A stretch of 64,000 nt of DNA from NCBI RefSeq assembly GCF_009914755.1, contig NC_060927.1, one strand, 5' to 3'. Both the position numbers and the translations under genes were made by a program. The notes under the pieces were generated by a model. It had not been told where the DNA came from. It made no database searches and saw only the letters and a program-made list of their open reading frames with translations. Source of the stretch: the human T2T-CHM13v2.0 reference genome, Homo sapiens. This document shows positions 26,340 to 37,289 of this stretch, piece by piece (positions within the stretch are counted from its first letter, which is position 1; every line of letters starts with the position of its first letter).

Positions 26340-27577
26340 ATGGACAAGCTTCCACCTTCCATTCCTCCTTCTTCTCCCTTAGCCTGTGTTCTTAAGAACT
26401 TAATACCTCTTCAACTCTCACCTGACCTAAAATCTAAGCATCTTATTTTCTTCTGCAATGCCGCTTGACCCCAATACAAACTCGACAGTAGTTCCAAATA
26501 GCCAGAAAATGGCACTTTCAATTTTTCCATCCTACAAGATCTAAATAATCCTTGTCATAAAATAGGCAAATGGTCTGAGGTGGCTGATGTCCAGGCATTC
26601 TTTTACACATCAGTCCCTCTCTAGTCTCTGTTCCCAATGCAACTCACCCCAAATCTTCCTTCTTCCCCTCCCACCTGTCCCCTCTGTCCCAACGCCAAGT
26701 GTCGCTGAGTCTTTCTAATCTTCCTTTTCTATAGACCCATCTGACCTCTCCCCTCCTCACCAGGCTGAGCTAGGTCCTAATTCTTCCTCAGCCTCCACTC
26801 CTTCACCCTATAATCCTTTTATCACCTCCCCTCCTCACACCCCGTCTGGCTTACAGTCTCGTTCCCTGACTAGCCCTCCCCCACCTGCCCAGCAATTTAC
26901 TCTTAAAAAGGTGGCTGGAGCTAAAGGCATAGTCAAGGTTAATACTCCTTTTTCTTTATCCCAAATCAGATAGCGTTTAGGCTGTTTTTCATCAAATATA
27001 AAAATCCAGCCCAGTTCATGGCTCGTTTGGCAGCAACCCTGAGACGCTTTACAGCCCTAGACCCTAAAAGGTCAAAAGGCCGTCTTATTCTCAATATACA
27101 TCTTATTACCCAATCTGCTCCCGACATTAAATAAAACTCCAAAAATTAAATTCCAGCCCTCAAACCCCACAACAGGACTTAATTAACCTTGCCTTCAAGG
27201 TGTACAATAACAGAGTAGAGGCAGCCAAGTAGCAACATATTTCTGAGTTGCAATTCCTTGCCTCCACTGTGAGACAAACCCCAGCCACATCTCCAGCACA
27301 CAAGAACTTCCAAACGCCTAAACCGCAGTGGCCAGGTGTTCCTCCAGAACTGCCTCCCCCAGGAGCTTGCTACAAGTGCCAGAAATCTGGCCACCAGGCC
27401 AAGGAATGCCCGCAGCCCAGGATTCCTCCTAAGCCGTGTCCCATCTGTGCAGGACCCCACTGGAAATTGGACTGTTCAACTCACCTGGCAGCCACTCCCA
27501 GAGCCCCTGGAACTCTGGCCCAAGGCTCTCTGCCTGACTCCTTCCCAGATCTTCTTGGCTTAGCGGCTGAAGACTGA
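26340..27577 (+). pseudogene. gag: HERV-H gag (provirus B), deleted in the capsid region
   Basis: Starts ATG GAC, so Gly2 is lost. Zinc knuckles CYKCQKSGHQAKEC and CPICAGPHWKLDC, ends LAAED*. Confidence 0.88.
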
Positions 27578-30015
27578 CGCCGCCCGATCGCCTCAGAAGC
27601 CCCGTAGACCATCACGGACGCCGAGCTTTAGGTAACTCTCACAGAGGAAGGTAAGTCCATCCTCTTCTTAATCAATATGGAGGCTACTCACTCCACAATA
27701 CCCTCTTTTCAAGGGCCTGTTTCCCTTACCTCCATAACTGTTGTGGGTATTGACAGCCAGGCTTCTAAACCTCTTAAACCTCCCCGACTCTGGTGCCAAC
27801 TTAGACAATACTCTTTTAAGCACTCCTTTTTAATTATCCCCACCTGCCCAGTTCCCTTATTAGGCTGAGACACTTTAACTAAATTATCTGCTTCCCTGAC
27901 TATTCCTGGAGTACAGCTACATCTCATTGCTGCCCTTCTTCCCAATCCAAAGCCTCCTTTGTGTCCTCCTCTTGTATCCCCCTACCTTAACCCACAAGTA
28001 TAAGATACCTCTACTCCCTCCTTGGTGACCAATCATGCACCCCTTACCATCTCATTAAAACCTAATCCCCCTTACCCCGCTTAATGCCAATATCCCATCC
28101 CACACCATGCTTTGAAAGGATTAAAGCCTGTTATCACTTGCCTGCAACAGCATGGCCTTTTAAAGCCTATAAACTCTCCTTGCAATTCCCCCATTTTACC
28201 TGTCCTAAAACCAGACAAGCCTTACAAGCTAGTTCAGGATCTATGCCTTATCAACCAAATTGTTTTGCCTATCCACCCCATGGTGCCAAACCCATATACT
28301 CTCCTATCCTCAATACCTCTCTCCACAATCCATTATTCTGTTCTGGATCTCAAATATGCTTTCTTTACTATTCCTTTGCACCCTTCACTCCAGCCTCTCT
28401 TTGCTTTCACCTGGACTGACCCTGACACCCATCAAGCTCAGCAAATTACCTAGGCTGTAGTGCTGCAAAGCTTCACAGACAGCCCCCATTACTTTAGTCA
28501 AGCCCAAATTTCTTCCTCATCTGTTACCTATCTCGGCATAATCCTCAGAAAAACACATGTGCTCTCCCTGCTGATCATGTCTGGCTAAACTCCCAAACCC
28601 CAATCCCTTCTACAAAACAACAACTCCTTTCCTTCCTAGGCATGTGGATACTTTTGCCTTTGGATACCTGGTTTTGCCATCCTAACAAAACCATTATATA
28701 AACTCACAAAAGGAAACCTAGCTGACCCCATAGATCCTAAATCCTTTCCCCACTCCTCTTTCCATTCCTTGAAGACAGCTTTAGAGACTGCCCCCACCCT
28801 AGCTCTCCCTGACTCATCCCAACCGTTTTCATTACACACAGCCGAAGTGAAGGGCTATGCAGTCGGAATTCTTACACAAGGACCAGGATTGCGTCCTGTA
28901 GCCTTTTTGTCCAAACAACTTGACCTTACTATTTTAGGCTGGCCGTCATGTCTCTGTGCAGTGGCTGCTGCTGCCCTAATACTTTTAGAGGCCCTTAAAA
29001 TCACAAACTATACTCATCTCACTCTCTACAGCTCTCATAATTTCCAAAATCTATGTTCTTCCTCACACCTGATGCATATACTTTCTGCTTCCTGGCTCCT
29101 TCAGCTGTATTCACTCTTTGTTGAGTCTCCCACAATTACCATTGTTCCTGGCCTGGACTTCAATCCGACCTCCCACATTATTCCTGATACCACACCTGAC
29201 CCTCATGACTGCATCTCTCTGATCCACCTGACGTTCAGCCCATTTCCCCACATTTCCTTCTTCCCTGTTTCTCAGCCTGATCACACTTGGTTTACTGATG
29301 GCAGTTCCACCAGGCCTAATCGCCACACACCAGCAAAGGCAGGCTATGCTATAGTACAAGCCACTAGCCCGCCTCTTAGAACCTCTCATTTCCTTTCCAT
29401 CATGGAAATCTATCCTCAAGGAAATAACTTCTCAGTGTTCCATTTGCTATTCTACTACTTCTCAGGGATTATTCAGGCCCCCTCCCTTCCCTACACATCA
29501 AGCTCAGGGATTTGCCCCCACCCAGGACTGGCAAATTAGCTTTACTCAACATGCCCCGAGTCAGGAAACTGAAATACCTCTTGGTCTAGGTAGACACTTT
29601 CACTGGATAGGTAGAGGCCTTTCCCACAGGGTCTAAGAAGGCCACCACGGTCATTTCTTCCCTTCTGTCAGACACAGTTACTCAGTTTGGCCTTCCTACC
29701 TCTATGCAGTCCGATAGTAGACCAGTCTTTATTAGTCAAATCAGCCAAGCAGTTTTTCAGGCTCTTGGTATTCAGTGAAACCTTTATATCCCTTACAGTC
29801 CTCAGTCTTCAGGAAAGGTAGAACGGACTAATGGTCTTTTAAAAACACACCTCACCAAGCTCAGCCACCAATTTAAAAAGGACTGGACAATACTTTTACC
29901 TCTTTCTTTTCTCATAATTCAGGCCTGTCCTTGGAATGCTACAGGGTACAGCCCATTTGAGCTCCTGTATGGACGCTCCTTTTTATTAAGCCCCAGTCTC
30001 ATTCCAGACACCAGA
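27578..30015 (+). pseudogene. pol: HERV-H pro-pol (provirus B), with deletions removing YxDD and most of RNase H
   Basis: RT fragments (LDLKYAFF) and tether/RNase H start (WFTDGSS), collinear with provirus A apart from the deletions. Confidence 0.88.
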
Positions 30016-30611
30016 CCAACTTAGACTGTGCCCCAAAAAACTTGTCATCCCTACTATCTTCCATCTAGTCATACTCCTATTCACCATTCTCAACTACTCA
30101 TAAATGCCCTGCTCTTGTTTACACTGCCAGTTTACACTGTTTCTCCAAGCCATCACAGCTGATATCTCCTGCTGCTATCCCCAAACCGCCACTCTTAACT
30201 CTTGAAATAAATAAATAATTTTTGCTGGCAGGACTATGCTGAATCTCCTTAGGCACTCTCTAATTAGATGTCCTGGGTCCTCCCAATTCTTAGACCTTTA
30301 ATACCAGTTTTTCTCCTTCTCTTATTCCATTTAGTTTTTCAATTCTTACAAAACCGTATCCAGGCCATCACCAATAATTCTAAATGACAAATGTTTCTTC
30401 TAACAGTCCCACAATGTCACCCCTTACCACAGAATCTTCCTTCAGCTTAATCTCTCCCACTCTAGGTTCCCACACCACCCCTAATCCCACTCAAAGCAGC
30501 CCTGAGAAACATCGCCCATTATCTCTCCATACCATCCCCCAAAATTTTTGCCGCCCCAACCTTTTACCACTATTTCATTTTATTTTTCTTATTAATATAA
30601 GAAGACAGGAA

Positions 30612-31015
30612 TGTCAGGCCTCTGAGGCCAAGCTAAGCCATCATATCCCCTGTGACCTGCACGTCCACATACAGATGGCCGGTTCCTGCCTTAACTGATG
30701 ACATTCCACCACAAAAGAAATGAAAATGGCCTGTTTCTGCCTTAACTGATAGCATTACCTTGTGAAATTCCTTCTCCTGGCTCATCCTGGCTCAAAAGCT
30801 CCCCTACTGAGCACCTTGTGACCCCTACTCCTGCCTGCCAGAGAACAACCCCCTCTTTTCCTTTACCTACCCAAATCCTATAAAACGGCCCCACCCCTAT
30901 CTACCTTCACTGACTCTCTTTTCGGACTCAGCCCACCTGCACCCAGGTGAAATAAACAGCTTTATTGCTCACACAAATCCTGTTTAGTGGTCTCTTCACA
31001 CAGACACGAGTGAAA
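30612..31015 (+). promoter_or_regulatory. 3' LTR7 of provirus B (404 bp)
   Basis: Follows the polypurine tract aagaagacaggaa. Intact TATAAAA (30879), GC/GT box and AATAAA (30951). Confidence 0.95.
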
Positions 31016-31737
31016 GAATGTACTTTTGTTTTTTGTAAAATAACTGCTTATAGACAATAAAAACTCAAAAGACATTATTTCAAAGATGTGTCTTTGAGGA
31101 GAAGCCCAAGGTTTGCCAAGATAGAACTTTGGAATAAAGACTTGAAATAGGATTAGTCCAACCAATCCTTCATTTTATAGGTGAGGGCATTGAAGCTCCA
31201 GAGAATTGATGTGACAAGCCAAAAATTATAATGTTGGACAGTGAAAAATATGTCATCTTTTAATTCCTTTACATCATCAGGGTGGTCACTTGAGGAATCA
31301 AAAGGAGAAAGAAACTAGATTATTGACATTTAGAATTTTAGGCTTCAGATTTAGAGATTATCATATGAGGAACCATGACAATAAGGGGAGGAAGGAATCA
31401 CAAAATTAAGTGCTCTTGCAAGCAAACAAATTAAGTAGGTCCACACTTCTACCATATGCTTGTAATCAGACTCAGGCCAATCCATGGCTCAGGGGGTTGG
31501 TCCTTCATAGAGTATGCTTCAATGGTATAAGGCTACAAAATGAGGAAGTATCTTATTTCCAGAGGTCCAAGGCACAGACTTTTAATGAAACCTGCCTAAA
31601 GTTTTCTCTGTACCTTTGAAGGTTTCCATGTCATCATTACCCAATTCAGGAGATTTTATAAGCCTCTCCAAAGAAAGAAATTATTCCTTTTCTCAGGTCT
31701 TTGGCTTTTCAGTTGTACTGCGTGATGTGGCAGACTC

Positions 31738-32509
31738 TGAGATGAAGCAGGGATCCCTCCTACGGGCCTGCCACCCCCAAGGCATGGAAATAAAGGAAAA
31801 TTTTGAGTTCCTTCCAGGGAAATTCCAGGCACCAACCTAGCCCTGAGAAGTAAATGAGCAACCTGATAAGCAAGAATGCTGTAATAGCTGAAAACAATAG
31901 CCAAGGAAGCTAGAGCCACAGAGTTTGCTTCTCTATAGAAATTAAAGGTAAAGTCTTCACATATGTCCCTGAGTTGTTTTTCAGAGACCTGGACCCCTCA
32001 CCACATGGAAAAGCCATCTGCTGGCACATAGATCTCAGATAGGGTGGAACAGAGGACTAAATTCTGTCATTCTTTGTTCTAAATTTCTTCCTGAGGGTCC
32101 TGAAGGAAATTATGCTCACAGGCCAGAGCTCAACTCTCCTTTCAGCTGACCCACACTTTTAGACAAAGCCAAACCAATCACAAATCAGAAAATATTTGCA
32201 TCCACCTGTGATCTGTGGGCCATGCCACCCTCCCCACTCACCTGATTTGAGATGTCCCACCTTTTTAGGCCAAACCAACGTATAGCCTCCATGTACTGAT
32301 TTATAGCTTTGCCTGTAACCTCTGCCTCCCTGCCTTTAAAAACTCTTACAGTTAAGCCACTGGGTATTTCAGATCTTAAGCATGAGCTGCCTGATTTTCC
32401 TTGCTTGCCACCCTGCGATAAATGCCTCACTTTTTCTTCTTGCAAATCCCAATGTCATTGTTTGGCCTTGCTGTGCCAGGCAGGCAGACCCAAGTTCAGT
32501 CTGGTAACA
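31738..32509 (+). mobile_element. ERV1 (MER4-group) solo LTR
   Basis: tgagatgaagcaggga...ggtaaca termini with 4-bp TSD ACTC on both sides. Confidence 0.8.
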
Positions 32510-33792
32510 ACTCCTCTAGAATACGCCATGAATTATAGCTATGTGAAGTCAATAAAACCCAAAGTTTCCAAAAGAAATACTACTATTTTAATAATTATTT
32601 TGCCTCCATGAGGAATACAAATATTTCCTATATATGATGTACTGGACTTTTACAAGGGGTATTGACAGTAATTTTATCCCATATTGATTATGGACTGTTG
32701 TGAATCCTACAGATTTCATACAGTTTAGCAAAGAAAATTATTTCATACTTATTTTCCTTCATAAATAGATGTATGTTTTGTAAATGTATTCCATATACTT
32801 GTAACCTTTATGATGCAAACTTGTAATAACTACTGAGTTACTTACAACTGAAGGAAAAAATTAAATGTTTTAATTTTGGAAGTAGTTCGGCAAATGTATT
32901 TCCAGAACATGGTAGAAAATGGGGTTTTTATCTTGAATCCACACAATGAGCTTATGGAAGACACTCCCATTTTTAAGCCAAATGGAAGAAGAACATGAAA
33001 TCAGAAAAATAAATTACCCAACTTCTGTATAATGCTTTCAGGATCCTCAGTCGGGAACTCGTGGCAGACTTTTAGCAAATCTTATTAAGGAAAACAAATA
33101 CATTAGGAACACACTGTAAGAATATGTACTTAAAGTGAAACTTGGGTAGTGATCTTATTACATCATCTCAATTATTGAACCCCTCTTATTTTCTTCTTCT
33201 GCTTTATTAATGTCATCAGTTATTACCATTTGAAATTACCTTGTTTTTGTATTTGTTCACTGGTTTACTGCTACCAGTAAAATGTCAGCTCCAGGAAGAC
33301 AAGGACCTTGTCAGATTTGCTCACTAATACATCCCTTGTGCTTAGAAAACTACCTGGAACATAGTGGAAGCTCAATTAAAATTTGTAGAATGAATGAATG
33401 AATCCCCAGAGCATGACATTTAATGCATGAAAGAGGATCAGAAGAATTCAGCCAACCCAAGAGAAACAGGAATCTGGACCACAGCTGAATAAAACTACTA
33501 TCCTCTTAACTCATTATTCTCTCCTTCCTGAAACAAAGACTTATATTTTTAAAACAGATATGTTGTGAGGAATTTATGCCACAAATGCATATTACTAACA
33601 TATAGATTAGTATTTACTGTGTTATATCTAAGTATGCTCAAATTGAAAGTAGAGTAATGAACATTGCTTTCAATTATGTTATGATTTTTAAGCAATCACA
33701 ATTCATTCTAAAGTTGGCTTCATAATGTCTTGAGTATTGCTGTAGGTTTTGCTGTAGATGGATACCTAGATTTTGAAAATTAAAATAGAAGG

Positions 33793-34655
33793 TGGAGGGC
33801 AGCAGAATATGCCACCCCAAAAGATGCCACTTTAGCATAAGGGTTATTTTGAGCTAAAGGCAACTGAGAAGAAGTAGATACAGGAAAAGTTATTTGCCTT
33901 GCCTAAACAATTTGCCTAAAAACAGAATACAAATTCACAAAGTTATCCCTCCTCCTCTCTCTACCAAGTAGGACAGAATTTGATCACTGAAGATGACTTA
34001 AGACCCTTATCATCCTGGAGATATCACCACAGGAATCTACATAACAAATTTTACAAAATAGCCTTTATCTACCATATATTTGCCTTCCTACAATTTACTG
34101 CCCTTATAAATCCAAGGTCCTTTTCCTTTGTCATTTCTTCAACCATGTATTGTTCTTTGTCGAAGATGCTATGTAAGCCAGAGTTCTAAGCCACTTCTTT
34201 GAGATTTACTCATTTTTTCCTGGGTGTCTTCTATGTGTACATGTGGTATACATGTTAACAAATGTCTGTTTTTCTCTTGTGAATCTTTTGTTTTTTGAGA
34301 CGAGGACTCACTCTGTTGTCCAGACTACAGTACAGTAGCATAATCATAGTTTACTGCAGCCTCAACCTCCTGGACTCACGTGATCCTCATGCCTTATCCT
34401 CTCGAGTAGCTGGGACCACAGGCATGCGCCACCACACCTGGCTATTATTTTTAATTTTTATGTAGACCGGATATCACTATGTTGCCCAGGCTGGTCTTGA
34501 ACCCCTGGCCTCAAGCGATCCTCCCACCTAAGCCTCTCAAAGTGCTGAGATTACAGATGTGAGCCACCACACCTGGCTATCCTGTATTTTATTACAAGGG
34601 ATACTAGCTCAAAGCTATGAGAAGTAGAGAGAAAATTACTTTTTCCTTCCCTGCA
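33793..34655 (+). mobile_element. MER34-like ERV1 solo LTR with a nested AluJ (about 34287-34577, minus strand)
   Basis: cagaatatgccaccccaaaa..gccacttt.gcataagg near the start, TG...CA termini and TSD AAGG. Confidence 0.8.
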
Positions 34656-34699
34656 AAGGGAATATAACTCAGTAATTAAGGTCACAGACTTCTAGCTTG

Positions 34700-34957
34700 A
34701 GTAGTTCTGAGTTCAAATCTACCCACCATATTTATCAGTTGTGTGTCTTTGACTAATTTTATAACATTTTTCAATGTCACTCTCCAGTAGTTCTGAGTTC
34801 AAATCTACCCACCATATTTATCAGTTATGCATCTTTGACTAATTTTATAACATTTTTGAATGTCAGTCTCGAGTAGTTCTGAGTTCAAATCTACCCACCA
34901 TATTTATCAGTTATGTGTCTTTGACTAATTTTATAACATTTTTGAATCTCAGTTTCT
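34700..34957. repeat. Three tandem copies of an 86-bp MIR-derived unit
   Basis: agtagttctgagttcaaatctacccaccatatttatcagtt starts at 34700, 34786 and 34872. Confidence 0.92.
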
Positions 34958-35966
34958 TTATCAGGAAGTTAGGTAATGCTGTTTCATAAAAATTTTAGTA
35001 CATTTAACATAAGGTAAAAAGTGCTTACTTCAGTGAGCCCAACACAAAATTAGGGCTCATTGAGGTGCAGCTATTATCATTAAGCTCTCTGCCAAAATTG
35101 CCAAGACAAACAAACAAAAAGGAATTTTACATCATTAGCTTGAAAATGGAAAAACTGTGAAACATGCTATATGAAGTAATATTGGAATGTAGTTTTAGCT
35201 TTTGATATTTAGATGTGATGTTTCAGAGTATTCAAGGGAAGGGATCTGCATTTAATCTTTATAGTGCACAATCTTGACTCTAACACTTCCTTGGCTCAGT
35301 ATTGTAAAATTGTGGAAGTTCAGCTTCCTGAGTCACGCTAATTATGCTGCCACTTTCACCTATAAAAAGAGGAATGCTTTACAGAAGCGCTCAGCATTTC
35401 TATGTTGTGTACATTTTAAAACCATAAATCAGTAGAAAAAAAACTGGTATGTTTCAAAAGGTACTGAAACAACATAAATATTAAATGTAACATGTCAAAT
35501 AACAAGTTAAGATTAGTGAAATACCCAAAGCTCCTCTATTGCAAGGAATACTGGATCTCTGTGTCTTGAGTGACACCCCAGAGAGGCATGTACCATGGCC
35601 ATTGTCTCTTTATCTTATTTCCCCATGGCTAGAAAATGGTACTATGCCTGAATCTAATAGTCTAGTATTTTAGGGAATAATAAATTTGCTATCTAAGACA
35701 AGAATTTGGTATTTAAGATATTATAGACAGGATTGTTCTAACATATGAATGGTAATATTTTACGTACGCTCAAGGTTTTAGATGCATATAGATTTTCTAA
35801 AACATACAGAAGGAATGGAAACAAATGCATACCTAATTTTACTTATTCATCAAGACAGATATCTATTACTACAGGCACAGTTTAAAACAGAAAAGACATA
35901 AGATATAGAGCAAATATTGTCAAGATGACGATATTTTGCCAATCAGCTATTTTTGAGAAATCATCT

Positions 35967-35972
35967 TTTATT
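35967..35972 (-). terminator. SERPINI2: Candidate SERPINI2 poly(A) signal AATAAA
   Basis: tttatt on the plus strand, about 20 nt after the stop codon. Confidence 0.6.
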
Positions 35973-35991
35973 CTGAGGCTGTGCTTTTCAT

Positions 35992-36068
35992 TCACAGTGA
36001 ATCTAAATCTCTTCCTTTTATCTCCTGGGTGTCAGGATTTGTCACTCTTCCCATAAACAGAATTGATT
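35992..36068 (-). CDS. SERPINI2: SERPINI2 last coding exon (ESILFMGRVTNPDTQEIKGRDLDSL*)
   Basis: Acceptor ccctag, serpin C-terminal LFMGRVxNP motif, TGA at 35992-35994. Confidence 0.95.
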
Positions 36069-36930
36069 CTAGGGAAAAAAAAACAAAAAAATATACTTTA
36101 GGAATTTCAGGAGAAAACAACTGACAATAATTAGTTTTTCTTAATATTTAACATGTCATTTGGTCTTTTTTCTCTGTAAGATAAATAGGCAGTGTCTAAT
36201 AGCAAAGCCTTCTCCTTTGTCTCAAATTCATAATTATATCATTATTAATCATTTTCTGGTAATTTATGAGGTAAATTAACACCCACTACAGCTTGTCATG
36301 GAAAAAGCATTAATCCTGTTTTTCATAGAGGGAAACAAAAATAAAGTGACAGAGAGGTGTTCTTCTAAATATAGAGACCCAGTCCGGAGAACATAGCATA
36401 ATAAAACGGTGATGAGCGTGGTAGAGTTTTAAATTTAAGGCATTAGCAATCATCATTTTATGCATGTAATGTAAGTCTTAAGGGCTAAAAGTGCAACTTC
36501 CCAGTTCTCCTTTTTCAGCTCTGAATCAAAGCTTACTTTACCTCCAATGACAATATTTTTATATCTCTAGTATTTTCAAATACTGACCAAAGTGATATAG
36601 TATACAGCATAAATGCAAATACCTGTTTTCAACCATTCTGTGTTTGCAAGTGAAAAGGAACTAAGAACTAAAGGACAAAACAGAAAGAATGATGTACCAA
36701 AATCTATTCACCTTTCTTTTAAACTGGGTTAAGAGAAGTGGCCTAAATCAATCAGTGTCAAATGTTGCCTTAAGTTCCTTATGCTCGGATGTCATAAAGG
36801 TTAATTTCAAAGGCGACAAATTTTGCATAATTTTAAAGCTAATAAAATGATATTTAAATGCATTTGAAATAATAGTGGGACGGCCCTTTTTTATTAACTC
36901 TACTATTCAGTCCAAAGACACACTCTTTGA

Positions 36931-37289
<359 letters not shown>

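Larger units (their letters stand above)
25169..31015 (+). mobile_element. HERV-H provirus B, internally deleted 5.8-kb (RTVL-H2-like) form
   Basis: Perfect 5-bp TSD GAATG (25164-25168 and 31016-31020), two LTR7s, His PBS at 25574-25591, and gag/pol/env deletions relative to provirus A. Confidence 0.97.

Noticed and set aside
34700-34957. Regularly spaced repeats as a CRISPR-like array
   Set aside because: The whole 86-bp unit repeats with no unique spacers, it is MIR-derived, the context is eukaryotic and there are no cas genes.
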